Shown piece by piece: positions 32,531-43,189 of a stretch of 64,000 nucleotides of DNA. The notes under the pieces were generated by a model. It saw nothing but the letters and a program-made list of their open reading frames with translations. It made no database searches and was not told where the DNA came from. The stretch's first letter is position 1. Every line of letters begins with the position of its first letter. The stretch lies in NCBI GenBank assembly GCA_036522875.1, contig DATDEZ010000119.1, positions 244 through 64,243 of the forward strand, in the 5' to 3' direction. The translations under genes were made by a program, and so were the position numbers. The DNA comes from Gemmatimonadales bacterium (GTDB taxonomy: Bacteria > Gemmatimonadota > Gemmatimonadetes > Gemmatimonadales > GWC2-71-9).

Positions 32531-33733
32531 TTGACAATCGAGGCGCGTGTGAAGCGGCATCTCGTGTTGGTGACTCCCCCCGCCGTGGAGCGGGCCGAAG
32601 CCGTGTGGGAGCAGATCACGCCGCATACGATCATCGTGTGCGGCGACTACGAGCAGGCGGTGGAATGGGCCGACGCCGCGCCCGCCGAGCTGCGCGCCCA
32701 TCCCGTCACGGGACTCGCGCGGACGGCCGCGCTCTTGAAGGAAGGGCGCGTCGGGACTCTCACCGGGGCCTACGCCGACCTCGCCGCGCTCGTCGCTCGC
32801 GCCGCACTCAAGCTCGACAGCATCGACACGATCGTCCTCGCCTGGCCGGAAGCATTTGCCACCGAGCTGGACACGCTGCTCGCCGAGGCGCCGGAAGCGC
32901 GCCGCGTCATTCTCAGCTGGAATCCGACCGCACTCGATGCGTTTCTCGAGCGACATGCGCGGCGACCCGAAATCGTCGGCAATCTGCCGCTCGACGACGT
33001 CGGCCAACCGCTCGGTCCCGTCGCGGCGGCGCGCTACGCCGTCGTGGCTTCAGCGCGCAAGCGCGTGAGAGACGTACTGGATGCGCTGCGTGCCGTACGG
33101 CCGTACGTCTGGACAGGCGGCCCCGTCGAATCGTCCGTCGACGCACCCGACGCCAGCATCGCGGCGACGCTTCCGACACGTGACGAGCTGCGCCAGCTCG
33201 CCGCGATCGCGCCAACGACCGTGCTCGTGCTCGCGTCGCAGCTCCCCTATCTGCGCGCCATCGCGACGCTGACGCCGATCACGCTGCCCTCCCCGGCCGA
33301 CCGCGCCCAGGACCGCAGCGCGCAGCTGCGCTCGCAAGTGGCCGCGCGACTGCGTCAAGGCGATGTGGACGCGGAGCTCGCCGTGCTGGCACCGCTGTTC
33401 GAGGAGCACGCCCCCGCGATGGTCGCCGCCGCGCTGCTGGCCATCAGCCGTCAGCAGCCCGCAGTCAGTGAGTCCGCCCCAGCGGCCGAGCAGCAGGGCT
33501 GGGTGCGTCTCTTCATCACGGTGGGCACGAAGGATCGAGCGAGCGCGAAGGATCTCGTCGGCGCGTTGATCAAGGAAGGCGGATTGCAGAAAGAACAGAT
33601 CGGGAAGATCGACATGCGCGAGAAATTCGCGCTCGTCGACATTGCGGCCCCGGTCGCCGATCAAGCGATCCAGCGGATGAGCGGCGTCGCGATTCGCGGC
33701 CGCCGCGTCGTGCCGCGCCGCGATCGCCCCTGA
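32531..33733 (+). CDS. DbpA RNA-binding-domain protein with a degenerate DEAD-box helicase-like N-terminal region
   Basis: The C-terminus WVRLFITVGTKDRASAKDLVGALIKEGGL..IGKIDMREKFALVDI is DbpA/DeaD C-terminal-like. The N-terminal region aligns by eye to helicase motifs Ia-III but lacks Walker A, and DEAD is replaced by AWPE. TTG start. GTG (VKRH) is also possible. Confidence 0.6.
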   Translation: MTIEARVKRHLVLVTPPAVERAEAVWEQITPHTIIVCGDYEQAVEWADAAPAELRAHPVTGLARTAALLKEGRVGTLTGAYADLAALVARAALKLDSIDTIVLAWPEAFATELDTLLAEAPEARRVILSWNPTALDAFLERHARRPEIVGNLPLDDVGQPLGPVAAARYAVVASARKRVRDVLDALRAVRPYVWTGGPVESSVDAPDASIAATLPTRDELRQLAAIAPTTVLVLASQLPYLRAIATLTPITLPSPADRAQDRSAQLRSQVAARLRQGDVDAELAVLAPLFEEHAPAMVAAALLAISRQQPAVSESAPAAEQQGWVRLFITVGTKDRASAKDLVGALIKEGGLQKEQIGKIDMREKFALVDIAAPVADQAIQRMSGVAIRGRRVVPRRDRP

Positions 33734-33740
33734 AACGCCA

Positions 33741-33766
33741 ACGGGCCGCCCAGCGGGGCGGCCCGT
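33741..33766. terminator. GC-rich hairpin, probable bidirectional terminator between convergent genes
   Basis: ACGGGCCGCC (33741-50) pairs with GGCGGCCCGT (33757-66), with a 6-nt loop. On the minus strand it is followed by TGGCGTTT, downstream of the HU gene. Confidence 0.6.
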
Positions 33767-33795
33767 GTCGACGACGGCGAAAGTCTGTTGTCCTG

Positions 33796-34086
33796 CTACT
33801 TCTTTCCGTTCACCGCCATCTTCAGCTGCTTGCCGGCGCGGAACGCGGGCGCGATCGACGCCTTGATCTGAATGACGCCGCCCGTCTTCGGGTTGCGACC
33901 CATCCTCGCGGCACGCTTACGCGCCTCGAAATTGCCGAACCCGGTGATCTGCACCTTGGAGCCCTTCTTCAGCTCTCCGGCGATGATGCCCTTATCGTCG
34001 AAGAGTGCTTCAATGGTGCGGGTGGCATCGGCCTTCGACATCTTCGTACGCATGGCGAGCGCGGAGGTGAGTTCGGCTTTGTTCAC
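33796..34086 (-). CDS. hup: HU family DNA-binding protein
   Basis: 96 aa. MNKAEL...GFGNFEARKRAARMGRNPKTG, the HU/IHF signature. GTG start preceded by AAGGAG. Confidence 0.95.
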   Translation of the reverse strand: MNKAELTSALAMRTKMSKADATRTIEALFDDKGIIAGELKKGSKVQITGFGNFEARKRAARMGRNPKTGGVIQIKASIAPAFRAGKQLKMAVNGKK

Positions 34087-34288
34087 TGCGGTCTCCTTGA
34101 AAGGGGGGGCGCGAAAACCCGCATGAATACTGAAGAACTATGGGATATCCCCCGGAAATCCGCAAGTTTGCTGGGCTTTCTGGGGATGCCCGCCCGCCCG
34201 ACGGCACGCCGGCACGTTGCCCGAACCGGCGACTGTGGCTAGCGTTGTCGCGCTCTTGGCGCTCGTGCACGTGTCTCGTGAGGCTTAA

Positions 34289-34897
34289 GTGTTCCAGCAA
34301 CCCACCCGTCCTGGCTGGATCGAAGTCATCGCCGGCGTCATGTTCAGCGGAAAATCGGAAGAGTTGATCCGGCGGGTACGCCGCGCGGTCATCGCGCGCA
34401 AGCAGGTGCAAGTCTTTAAGTCCCATCTAGATGCACGCTATGCCGGTCTCTTCTCCGTCTCCTCGCACGACGGCGTCACGGTCGAAGCCGAGCCGGTCGA
34501 CTCCTCCGACGAGATCGCGCGCCGGCTGCGCGACACCACGGAGGTCGTCGCCGTCGACGAAGCACAATTCCTCGACGACGGCGTCATCGACATCGCCAAC
34601 CGGTTGGCGGACTCGGGCGTGCGGGTCATCCTGGCCGGCACCGACGTCGACTTCCGGGGCCTCCCCTTCGGCCCGATGCCGACGCTGATGTGCGTCGCCG
34701 AGGTGGTCGACAAGTTCCAGGCGATCTGCGTGGTCTGCGGCGGGCCGGCGACGCGCAATCAACGGCTCGTCAACGGCAAGCCGGCGCTCTGGGATTCGCC
34801 GATCATCATGGTGGGTGGGAGAGAATCGTACGAAGCGCGGTGTAGACACTGTCACCGTGTTCCGCGACAAGACGAAGACCAGACCGCCCTCCTTTAG
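34289..34897 (+). CDS. tdk: thymidine kinase
   Basis: 202 aa. P-loop [19 protein letters not shown], and a C-terminal zinc motif C..CG...C..C. Confidence 0.92.
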   Translation: MFQQPTRPGWIEVIAGVMFSGKSEELIRRVRRAVIARKQVQVFKSHLDARYAGLFSVSSHDGVTVEAEPVDSSDEIARRLRDTTEVVAVDEAQFLDDGVIDIANRLADSGVRVILAGTDVDFRGLPFGPMPTLMCVAEVVDKFQAICVVCGGPATRNQRLVNGKPALWDSPIIMVGGRESYEARCRHCHRVPRQDEDQTALL

Positions 34898-34898
34898 G

Positions 34899-35882
34899 AT
34901 GCTCAACGTCGGTCTCACGGGCAACATCGCCTCGGGCAAATCCACGGTCGTCGAGCTGTTTCGCAAATGGGGCGCGACGATCATCGACGCCGACGTGCTG
35001 GCGCGCGAAGCCCAGGCGCCCGGCGGGACCGTCCTCGCCGCCATCGCCAAGCGCTTTGGTGCCGACGTCCTCGGCGCGGACGGCAGTCTCGACCGCGCGG
35101 CGCTGCGCGCCAAGGTGATGGGCGACGACGACGCGCTCGCGGCGCTGAACACGATCGTGCACCCCGCGGTCCAGCAGCGGCGGCTCGAGCTGCAGCGCGT
35201 CGCCAAGGAGCGCGGCGATGCGATCGTGATCAACGACATTCCGCTGCTCTTCGAGGTACTGGACCCCGCGCAGTTCGACACCGTGGTGTTGGTGGATGCG
35301 CCGGTCGCGCTCCGGCGCACGCGTCTCCGCGCGCTGCGCGGCCTCACGAACCAGGACGCCGACCGCATGATCGCGGCGCAGATGGCGGCAGAGCGCAAGC
35401 GCGCGCAGAGCGAATACGTCATCGAGAACACCGGGACACTGCCGGAGCTCGAGACCGCCGCACAATCGGTCTTCACTGCACTGCGCCGCCGCGCGGCCCA
35501 CAGCGGCGTCAACAAAGAGACTCCCGGGCAGACGTTGCTCCTGTGCGCGATCGACGCGAGAGACAGCACGGCCGTTCTGCAGGCGATCGAGCGGCGTTAC
35601 ACCGAGGCGGGCATGCGGGTCGAGCACATCACGGTGAAGGGACTGGCCAAGGCGCTGCGCGCCGCGACGCCGCTGTCCATCGTTGCGACGGCGGCGGCGG
35701 AAGCGGGCGCACGCGAGGCGTGGGAGACGGCGGTGCCGCCGCGTCCCTGCCGGCTCTATCACCTCTCGCTCGACCCCGATCCGGTGGCGGTGCGACTCGA
35801 CTTACGGCCCTGGGGTCATGACCGGATCGTGTTGAGTGAAGAGGACGGCGCGGGACTGGCGCCACGCGCGGACCTGTTGTAG
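34899..35882 (+). CDS. coaE: dephospho-CoA kinase with an approximately 125-aa C-terminal extension
   Basis: ATG 34899 (MLNVGLTGNIASGKST) inside ORF 34815..35882. The CoaE core covers about the first 200 aa. The remainder has no family I recognise. Confidence 0.85.
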   Translation: MLNVGLTGNIASGKSTVVELFRKWGATIIDADVLAREAQAPGGTVLAAIAKRFGADVLGADGSLDRAALRAKVMGDDDALAALNTIVHPAVQQRRLELQRVAKERGDAIVINDIPLLFEVLDPAQFDTVVLVDAPVALRRTRLRALRGLTNQDADRMIAAQMAAERKRAQSEYVIENTGTLPELETAAQSVFTALRRRAAHSGVNKETPGQTLLLCAIDARDSTAVLQAIERRYTEAGMRVEHITVKGLAKALRAATPLSIVATAAAEAGAREAWETAVPPRPCRLYHLSLDPDPVAVRLDLRPWGHDRIVLSEEDGAGLAPRADLL

Positions 35883-35893
35883 CCTCTCCACCT

Positions 35894-36283
35894 ATGTCCA
35901 GCATTCCCAAAGACCTCCGCTACACGCAGGACCACGAATGGGTGCGGGAAAGCGACGATCCGAGCGTTGTGGAAGTCGGGATCACCGACTACGCGCAAGG
36001 GGAGCTCGGCGACGTCGTGTTCGTCGAGCTTCCCAAATCCTCCGCCGCGTTCAAGAAGCACGATGCCTTCGGGACGATCGAAGCGGTCAAAGCCGTCTCG
36101 GAGCTCTTCGCGCCGATCGCCGGCACGATCGTGGAAGCGAACAAGGCCCTCGAGGGCGATCCCGCCCTGGTCAATCGCGATCCCTACGGCAAGGGCTGGA
36201 TGATCAAGCTCAAGGTCAAAGACCCCAAAGAACTGGAGGGGCTGCTCCGCGCCGACGCGTACGCGAAGCACGTTGGGGAGTGA
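35894..36283 (+). CDS. gcvH: glycine cleavage system protein H
   Basis: 129 aa. The lipoyl-lysine context is ESVKA-like (IEAVKAVSELFAP). Confidence 0.95.
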   Translation: MSSIPKDLRYTQDHEWVRESDDPSVVEVGITDYAQGELGDVVFVELPKSSAAFKKHDAFGTIEAVKAVSELFAPIAGTIVEANKALEGDPALVNRDPYGKGWMIKLKVKDPKELEGLLRADAYAKHVGE

Positions 36284-36288
36284 AAGGA

Positions 36289-36969
36289 GTGAAAGCGACT
36301 TTCCACGGACACGCGTGCTTCGTGCTTGAGGGAGATGGGAAGCGCGTCATCATCGATCCATTCCTCACCGGAAACCCCGTCGCTGACATCGGTCCCGACA
36401 AGCTCCCGCCCCTCGACGGCATCCTCTTGTCCCACGGCCATGGCGATCACCTCGGCGACGCGGTCGCGCTCTCGCAACGACACAAGGCGACGATCGTCGC
36501 GACCGCGGAGCTGGCGCAGTTCTGCAAGGACCAGGGCGCGACGAGTCATGCCATGCATATCGGCGGCGCGCGCGAATTTCCGTTCGGAAAGGTGAAGCTC
36601 GTCCCGGCCTTTCATGGCGGGCGCGTCGAAGGTGACGCCACCGGCAAGTACACGACGAATCCCGCCGGCGTGGTCGTCACGCTGGCCGGCAAGACCGTCT
36701 ACCACACCGGCGACACGGGGCTGACCATGGAGATGCAGCTGCTGGCCGGCCGGATCGACCTCATGCTCGTGCCCATCGGCGACAACTACACGATGGGCGT
36801 CGAGGATGCGGTGCGCGCCGTTGAATTCGTGAAACCCAAAAGCGTTATTCCGATGCACTACGACACCTGGGATCTGATCAGCGCCGATCCCGAGGAGTTC
36901 CGCCGGCGGGTGGGCAGGACCGCCGTCGTGACCATATTACGGCCCGGGGAATCACACACGCTTTCGTGA
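36289..36969 (+). CDS. metallo-beta-lactamase-fold hydrolase (UPF0173-like)
   Basis: GTG 36289, preceded by AAAGGA, gives [15 protein letters not shown].. and the [12 protein letters not shown] motif. 226 aa. Confidence 0.8.
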   Translation: MKATFHGHACFVLEGDGKRVIIDPFLTGNPVADIGPDKLPPLDGILLSHGHGDHLGDAVALSQRHKATIVATAELAQFCKDQGATSHAMHIGGAREFPFGKVKLVPAFHGGRVEGDATGKYTTNPAGVVVTLAGKTVYHTGDTGLTMEMQLLAGRIDLMLVPIGDNYTMGVEDAVRAVEFVKPKSVIPMHYDTWDLISADPEEFRRRVGRTAVVTILRPGESHTLS

Positions 36970-36970
36970 G

Positions 36971-39844
36971 ATGAGCCACACACACGATCTGTTCCAGGAC
37001 CGGCACATCGGCCCGTCCGCCGAGGATCAAGCCACCATGCTGGCGACCCTCGGCTTCGATTCGCTCGATGATTTCATCGATGCCGTCGTGCCGGGTGACA
37101 TCCGGCTGAAAGACGCATTGAAGATCCCCGCGGCCAAGACCGAGCAGGAAGCGCTGGAAGCGCTGCGCCTGCTTGCGGCGCAAAACCAGGTCTTCCGCTC
37201 GTATCTCGGCATGGGCTATCACGACTGCGTGACGCCCACGGTGATCCAGCGGAACGTGCTCGAGAATCCCGGTTGGTATACCGCCTACACGCCGTACCAG
37301 GCGGAGATCGCGCAGGGCCGTCTCGAAGCGCTACTCAACTTCCAGACGATGGTCTCGGATCTCACCGGGCTCGAGATCGCGAACGCGTCGCTGCTGGACG
37401 AGGGCACGGCGGCGGCGGAAGCCATGCATCTCACGGAGGCCGTCTCGAAGCACGAAGACGGCCTCTCGTATCTGGTGGACGCGAGCTGCCATCCGCAAAC
37501 CATCGCGGTCGTGCGCACCCGCGCGGCGGTGCGCGGGATCGAGATCATCGTCGGCGATCCCGAGACGTTCGACTTCACGCGCGGCAAGGTCATCGGCGCG
37601 CTCGTGCAGTATCCGGCTACCGACGGCGCGATTCGCGATCTGCGCGGCGTGTGCGAGGCCGCGCACGCCGCCGGCGCCCTGGTGACGGCGGCGACCGATC
37701 TGTTGGCGCTCACGCTGCTCGCGCCGCCCGGTGAGTGGGGCGCGGACATCGCCGTCGGCAACTCGCAGCGCTTCGGCGTCCCGCTGGGCTACGGCGGCCC
37801 GCACGCCGCGTTCTTCGCGACGCGCGATGAGTACAAGCGGCATCTGCCCGGTCGGATCATCGGCGTGTCCAAGGATCGCGCCGGTCGCACGGGCCTGCGC
37901 ATGGCGCTGCAGACTCGCGAGCAGCACATCCGGCGCGAGAAGGCGACGAGCAACGTCTGCACGGCGCAGGTGCTGCTCGCCGTGGTCGCGGCGATGTACG
38001 CGGTCTATCACGGCCCCGAGGGCTTGCGGCGAATCGCGCGTCGCGTGCACGCGCGCACGACATCGCTCGCTGCCGGGCTGGAACGGCTGGGGTACGGCCT
38101 GGTGCATCGCCGCTACTTCGACACCCTCGCCGTCGAAGTCCCGGCGGAAATGCTGCCGCGCATCGTCGAGGCCGCGCGCGGCAAGCAGATCAACCTGCGG
38201 ACGTTGTCGCAGACGCGGATCGGCGTGGCACTCGACGAGACGGTGACCGAGGACGACGTCGCGGACCTGCTCGCCGCGTTCGCGACCGGAACGGACAAGG
38301 CACCCGGGAGAGTGGCCGATGCCCCCAGCGCGATCCCCGAGTCCCTCGCGCGCACGACGCCGTTCTGCACGCACCCGGTCTTCAACACACACCACTCCGA
38401 GACCGAGATGCTGCGCTACCTCAAGCGGCTCGAAGACCGCGACCTCTCGCTCACGGCCGCGATGATCCCGCTCGGCTCGTGCACGATGAAGCTGAACGCG
38501 ACGACGGAGATGATTCCGATCACGTGGCGCGGCTTCGGCAAGCTGCATCCGTTCGCGCCGCGCGCGCAGGCGCAGGGCTACGCCACGCTGTTCCGCGAGC
38601 TCGAGGACTGGCTGGCGGAGATCACCGGATTCGCGAAAGTGTCGCTGCAGCCGAACGCGGGCTCCCAGGGCGAGTTCGCCGGCCTGCTCGTCATTCGCGC
38701 CTACCACAATCACAAGGGCGACGCGCATCGCACGACTTGCCTGATTCCGCAGTCCGCGCACGGCACGAATCCGGCGAGCGCGGTGATGGCCGGCATGCAG
38801 GTCGTCGTCGTGAAGACCGACGAGCACGGCAACATCGACGTGGCCGATCTCGAGGCGAAGGCGAAAGCGCACGCGGCGACGCTCGGCGCGTTGATGGTGA
38901 CGTATCCGTCGACGCACGGCGTGTTCGAGGCGTCGATCAAGAAGATCTGCAAGATCGTCCATCAACACGGCGGACAGGTGTACATGGACGGCGCCAACAT
39001 GAACGCGCAGGTCGGCCTCTGCCGGCCGGGCGACATCGGCGCCGACGTCTGCCATCTCAATCTCCACAAGACATTCTGTATTCCGCACGGCGGCGGCGGG
39101 CCCGGCATGGGACCGATCGGCGTGGCCGAGCATCTCGCGACACACTTGCCGACGCATCCGGTCGTGGACGTCGGCATCCCGCTGGCCGAAAGCGCCGGCA
39201 CGGTGTCCGCGGGTCCGTGGGGCAGCCCGTCGATTCTTCCGATTTCGTGGGCGTACATCGCGATGATGGGGCCGGAGGGGCTGACCGCGGCCACGAAGGT
39301 CGCGATCCTGAGCGCGAACTATATCGCGAAGCGGCTGCAGGACGGCGGCCATTACGAGCTGGTGTACGCGGGCCAGCGCGGGCTCGTCGCGCACGAATGC
39401 ATCATCGACACTCGCCCCTTCAAGAGCTCGGCGGGCGTGGACGTCGAGGACATCGCCAAGCGGCTGATCGATTACGGCTTCCATCCGCCGACCGTCTCGT
39501 TTCCGGTGGCGGGCACGCTGATGGTCGAGCCGACCGAGAGCGAGCCGAAGGTGGAGCTCGATCGTTTCATCGACGCCCTGATCGCGATTCGCGGCGAGAT
39601 TCGGGAGATCGAGCGCGGCGAAGCCGATCGCGACAACAACCTGCTGAAGAACGCGCCGCATCCGCTGGCGGACCTGTTGGCGGACACGTGGGACCGGCCG
39701 TACGCGCGCGATCGCGCGGGCTTCCCCACGCAGGCGACCCGCGAGCACAAGGTCTGGCCGCCGGTCAGCCGCATCGATGCGGCGTTCGGTGATCGCAACC
39801 TGATGTGCACCTGTCCGCCGATTGAGGCCTACGCCACTGTCTGA
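36971..39844 (+). CDS. gcvP: glycine dehydrogenase (decarboxylating), single-chain P protein
   Basis: 957 aa. Full-length GcvP pattern including the PLP site [18 protein letters not shown]. Confidence 0.97.
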   Translation: MSHTHDLFQDRHIGPSAEDQATMLATLGFDSLDDFIDAVVPGDIRLKDALKIPAAKTEQEALEALRLLAAQNQVFRSYLGMGYHDCVTPTVIQRNVLENPGWYTAYTPYQAEIAQGRLEALLNFQTMVSDLTGLEIANASLLDEGTAAAEAMHLTEAVSKHEDGLSYLVDASCHPQTIAVVRTRAAVRGIEIIVGDPETFDFTRGKVIGALVQYPATDGAIRDLRGVCEAAHAAGALVTAATDLLALTLLAPPGEWGADIAVGNSQRFGVPLGYGGPHAAFFATRDEYKRHLPGRIIGVSKDRAGRTGLRMALQTREQHIRREKATSNVCTAQVLLAVVAAMYAVYHGPEGLRRIARRVHARTTSLAAGLERLGYGLVHRRYFDTLAVEVPAEMLPRIVEAARGKQINLRTLSQTRIGVALDETVTEDDVADLLAAFATGTDKAPGRVADAPSAIPESLARTTPFCTHPVFNTHHSETEMLRYLKRLEDRDLSLTAAMIPLGSCTMKLNATTEMIPITWRGFGKLHPFAPRAQAQGYATLFRELEDWLAEITGFAKVSLQPNAGSQGEFAGLLVIRAYHNHKGDAHRTTCLIPQSAHGTNPASAVMAGMQVVVVKTDEHGNIDVADLEAKAKAHAATLGALMVTYPSTHGVFEASIKKICKIVHQHGGQVYMDGANMNAQVGLCRPGDIGADVCHLNLHKTFCIPHGGGGPGMGPIGVAEHLATHLPTHPVVDVGIPLAESAGTVSAGPWGSPSILPISWAYIAMMGPEGLTAATKVAILSANYIAKRLQDGGHYELVYAGQRGLVAHECIIDTRPFKSSAGVDVEDIAKRLIDYGFHPPTVSFPVAGTLMVEPTESEPKVELDRFIDALIAIRGEIREIERGEADRDNNLLKNAPHPLADLLADTWDRPYARDRAGFPTQATREHKVWPPVSRIDAAFGDRNLMCTCPPIEAYATV

Positions 39845-40520
39845 CGGACTCTGGCGTGTGACCGTCGATCCGATTGGTCGACCCGGCGATTACAACATGG
39901 CGGCGGATGCAGCGCTGCTCGACCGAGCGATCGGATCGGGCGGCGCGTTCTTGCGCCTCTACCGCTGGAATCCTCCGACGTTGTCGATCGGCCGCAATCA
40001 GCAGCTCGACGGAGATTACGGCGTGCCGGTCGTACGGCGGCCCACCGGCGGCAAAGCGGTGTGGCACGAAGACGAGCTCACGTACGCCGTCGCCGCGCCG
40101 ATCTCGCTGTTCGGGTCGTTACGCGACGCCTATTGCGAGATTCACACGCGGCTGGCGACGGCACTCCGGTCGCTGGGCATCGACGCCACGTTGGCGCCCT
40201 ACCGCCCGGTCGTCCGACCGTCCGAGGGTCCGACCTCCTGCTTTGCCGCTCCGGTGGGCGGCGAGATTCTCGTTGCCGGCCGCAAGCTGGTCGGCTCCGC
40301 GCAAGTGCGTCGTGGCGATGCGTTTCTCCAACACGGATCGATCCTGCTGAATGGCCAACAGCCCGGCGCTCCAGGCGGGACGACCGTTGCCGCCGTGGTG
40401 GGACGCCCGTTGCCTTTTGGAGTGGTCGTGGCGGCGATCGTCAGGACCTGGCCGGATCGGCTCGTACGGTCCGACAGTCCGATTGTCCGGCCGGAATTTG
40501 CTTCTGCCGCCCAGCGGTGA
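39822..40520 (+). CDS. lipoate-protein ligase / octanoyltransferase family (BPL_LplA_LipB) protein
   Basis: Motifs [17 protein letters not shown] and GRKLVGSAQ. The start is uncertain: TTG 39822 overlaps gcvP, and GTG 39858 lies 14 nt after the gcvP stop. Confidence 0.72.
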   Translation: MRPTPLSDGLWRVTVDPIGRPGDYNMAADAALLDRAIGSGGAFLRLYRWNPPTLSIGRNQQLDGDYGVPVVRRPTGGKAVWHEDELTYAVAAPISLFGSLRDAYCEIHTRLATALRSLGIDATLAPYRPVVRPSEGPTSCFAAPVGGEILVAGRKLVGSAQVRRGDAFLQHGSILLNGQQPGAPGGTTVAAVVGRPLPFGVVVAAIVRTWPDRLVRSDSPIVRPEFASAAQR

Positions 40521-40521
40521 A

Positions 40522-42195
40522 ATGTTAAGCGCCATGCTACGGCGCTCCCACTCCATCGCCTTCCTTATTATGACCACGCTCGCGCTCTCGGCCTGCGAGC
40601 GACGCGGCGGCTGCACCGGTGCCAACTGCGGCACCCTCGTCAACGCGGCCGTCGCCGAGCCGCCGACGCTGCTGCCGCCGTCGAGCGAAGACATCGTCGC
40701 GAACGACATCGACGAGCAGCTGTTCCTCAAGCTCGCGGACGTGGGGATGTCGACGAACACCGTCGGCGACGAGGACTTCCAGCCGCTGCTCGCGCAGAAG
40801 TGGGAGTGGGACGGCCCGCTCACGCTGGTCTTTCATCTCGATCCGCGGGCGCGCTGGCAGGACGGGACGCCGGTCACCGCGTCCGACGTCGAATTCACGT
40901 TCAACGCGTACAACGACTCGGCCGTCGCGTCGCCGTATCGCGCCAAGCTCAAGCGCGTCGCGAGCGTCACGCAGCGCGACTCGCTGACGGCGGTGTTCCG
41001 GTTCCGCGAGCGCTACCCGGAAATGTTCTACGACGCCGTGTACCACATGCGCGTCCTGCCCGCGCACCTGTTGCGTTCGGTGCCGCGGCCCGAATGGAAG
41101 ACGGCGGCGTTCGGCCGGCAGCCGATCGGCGACGGGCCCTACCGGTTCGTCCGCTGGCAATCGGCGCAGTCGATCGAGCTCGTCGCCGATTCGACGTTCT
41201 TCCTCGGCCGCCCGGCGATTCGGCGGCTGATCTGGCGCTTCACACCGAATCTGCAGGTCGCCGTGACGCAGGTGCTCGCCGACCAGGCGGATGTCCGCGA
41301 GCAGCTCGTGACGCCCGAGAACGTACAGCGGGCCCGTGACGCGAAGCAGCTGAGCGTCTATCAGTTCCGCGGCAACGTCTACACCTATCTCGCGTTCAAC
41401 CTGCGGGCGAACGGCGACACGTCCAAACCGAATCCGATTTTCGGCGATCGCGACGTGCGCCGCGCGCTCACCATGGCGGTCGACCGCGCGTCGCTCGTGA
41501 AGAGCGCCCTCGGTGACATCGGAAAGGTTCCCCCGGGCCCGATGTCGTCGCTGCTCTGGATCTGGGATCCGGAGATCCGGCAGCTGCCCTACGACACGGC
41601 GCAGGCCGCGCGGCTCCTCAGCGCGCACGGCTGGCGCGATCACGACGGCGACGGCGTGCGCGACAAGGACGGCCAGCCGCTCGAGTTCCACATTCTCGTG
41701 CCGACGACGAGCGCGCTGCGGCGGCAGTACGCGCGGCTCTTACAGGAGCAATTCCGCGGGATCGGCGTGAAGGCGGACATTGACGAAGTCGAGTTCAGCG
41801 TGGTCACGCAGCGCCTCGGCTCCGGCAAATTTGACACGTCCATTCTGTCGCGCGGCAACGATCCCTCGCCCGGCTCGGGGATCACGCAGACCTGGACGCG
41901 CGCGGGGTTCGGCGGATCGAATTACACGCGCTACTACAGCGCGGACTTCGAGCGACTCGTGGACCGCGCAATTGCGGCTCCCACGCGCGAGCAGGCTGGG
42001 CCGCTCTGGCGGAGCGCCATGGAGACGATCAACGCCGACGCGCCGGCCATCTTCCTCTACTCCCTCGAGAACTTCGCCGCCGTGCACAAGCGCGTGGAGA
42101 ACGTGCAGATTCGCCCCGACTCCTGGGCGGCCCTGCTGCGTACGTGGCGCATTCCCGCGGACCGACTGATCGACCGAGACCGCGTGGAGCGCTAG
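40522..42195 (+). CDS. peptide ABC transporter substrate-binding lipoprotein (SBP family 5)
   Basis: ATG 40522 gives the signal and lipobox MLSAMLRRSHSIAFLIMTTLALSAC. Family-5 SBP length and pattern. Confidence 0.87.
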   Translation: MLSAMLRRSHSIAFLIMTTLALSACERRGGCTGANCGTLVNAAVAEPPTLLPPSSEDIVANDIDEQLFLKLADVGMSTNTVGDEDFQPLLAQKWEWDGPLTLVFHLDPRARWQDGTPVTASDVEFTFNAYNDSAVASPYRAKLKRVASVTQRDSLTAVFRFRERYPEMFYDAVYHMRVLPAHLLRSVPRPEWKTAAFGRQPIGDGPYRFVRWQSAQSIELVADSTFFLGRPAIRRLIWRFTPNLQVAVTQVLADQADVREQLVTPENVQRARDAKQLSVYQFRGNVYTYLAFNLRANGDTSKPNPIFGDRDVRRALTMAVDRASLVKSALGDIGKVPPGPMSSLLWIWDPEIRQLPYDTAQAARLLSAHGWRDHDGDGVRDKDGQPLEFHILVPTTSALRRQYARLLQEQFRGIGVKADIDEVEFSVVTQRLGSGKFDTSILSRGNDPSPGSGITQTWTRAGFGGSNYTRYYSADFERLVDRAIAAPTREQAGPLWRSAMETINADAPAIFLYSLENFAAVHKRVENVQIRPDSWAALLRTWRIPADRLIDRDRVER

Positions 42196-42196
42196 C

Positions 42197-43189
42197 ATGC
42201 TCGTGCGCCGCCTCGTCGTATCCGCGGCCATCGTCTTTGCGGTCGTCACAATCGTTTTCATTCTGATCCATCTCGCGCCCGGCACGCCCTGCGCCGGGTT
42301 TGCGGGCGAGAGCGCCCCGACCGACCCGCTCGTCTGCCGCGAGCTCACGCAACGGTTCGCCCTCGATCGGCCGCTGCCCGAGCAGTACTGGCGCTACCTC
42401 GTCGCGCTCGCGCACGGCGACCTCGGCTACTCGTTTTCGCTGCACCGGCCGGTGCGCGATGCGATCGCCGAAACCGTTCCGTTTACGCTTCAGCTCACCG
42501 GGGCCGCGCTGCTGCTCGATTTCCTGCTCGGCCTCGGTCTTGGCATCTACCAGGCCCGGCGCGTCAACCGCCTGCCCGACGTCGCCCTCGGCAACGTCAC
42601 GCTGTTCATCTATTCGCTGCCCACGTTCTGGCTCGCGCTGATTCTGCTGCTCGTCTTCGGGGAAAAGCTGCGGCTCTTTCCGGTGGGCGGGCCGAACGAT
42701 CCGATCCTCTGCCCCGTCGTCGACTCGGCCTTCTGCGCGCTCGACCGCCTGTGGCACATCGCGCTCCCGGCCATCACGCTGGGACTGGTCGGCGCGGCGG
42801 GGACGGCGCGGTTTCAGCGCGCCGCCATGCTGGACGTCGCGGCGGAGGATTACGTGCGCACCGCGCGCGCCAAAGGCGTCCCGGAGCGCCGAGTCGTCCT
42901 CGTCCATCAGCTCCGCAACGCCCTGCTTTCCTTTATCACGCGCTTTGGGCTCGCGTTCCCGTTTCTGCTGACGGGCGCCGTCCTGATCGAGACGATCTTC
43001 GCCTGGCCCGGCATGGGCCGTCTCGCGGTCGAAGCGATCCTGGCGCGTGACTATCCCGTCGTCACCGCGACCGCACTCATCGCGAGCGTCGTGGTCGTGC
43101 TCGGCAATCTGGTCGCCGACGTCCTGCTCGGCATCGCCGACCCGCGCCTGCGGGTGCGCCCGTCCGACCTCGAGACCGTCGCGACGTGA
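42197..43189 (+). CDS. peptide ABC transporter permease (DppB/OppB-like)
   Basis: 330 aa. BPD_transp_1 EAA loop region ([21 protein letters not shown]). Confidence 0.9.
   Translation: MLVRRLVVSAAIVFAVVTIVFILIHLAPGTPCAGFAGESAPTDPLVCRELTQRFALDRPLPEQYWRYLVALAHGDLGYSFSLHRPVRDAIAETVPFTLQLTGAALLLDFLLGLGLGIYQARRVNRLPDVALGNVTLFIYSLPTFWLALILLLVFGEKLRLFPVGGPNDPILCPVVDSAFCALDRLWHIALPAITLGLVGAAGTARFQRAAMLDVAAEDYVRTARAKGVPERRVVLVHQLRNALLSFITRFGLAFPFLLTGAVLIETIFAWPGMGRLAVEAILARDYPVVTATALIASVVVVLGNLVADVLLGIADPRLRVRPSDLETVAT

Noticed and set aside
35883-35893. Expected glycine riboswitch upstream of gcvH, and a TPP riboswitch upstream of the thiO-like gene (62088..62130)
   Set aside because: The spacers are only 11 nt and 43 nt and contain none of the conserved riboswitch cores.
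37331-39748. 805-aa ORF antisense to gcvP, plus same-region alternative-frame ORFs
   Set aside because: Shadow ORF of a full-length, motif-complete gcvP. The composition is dominated by R/A/D/L. No domain signatures.
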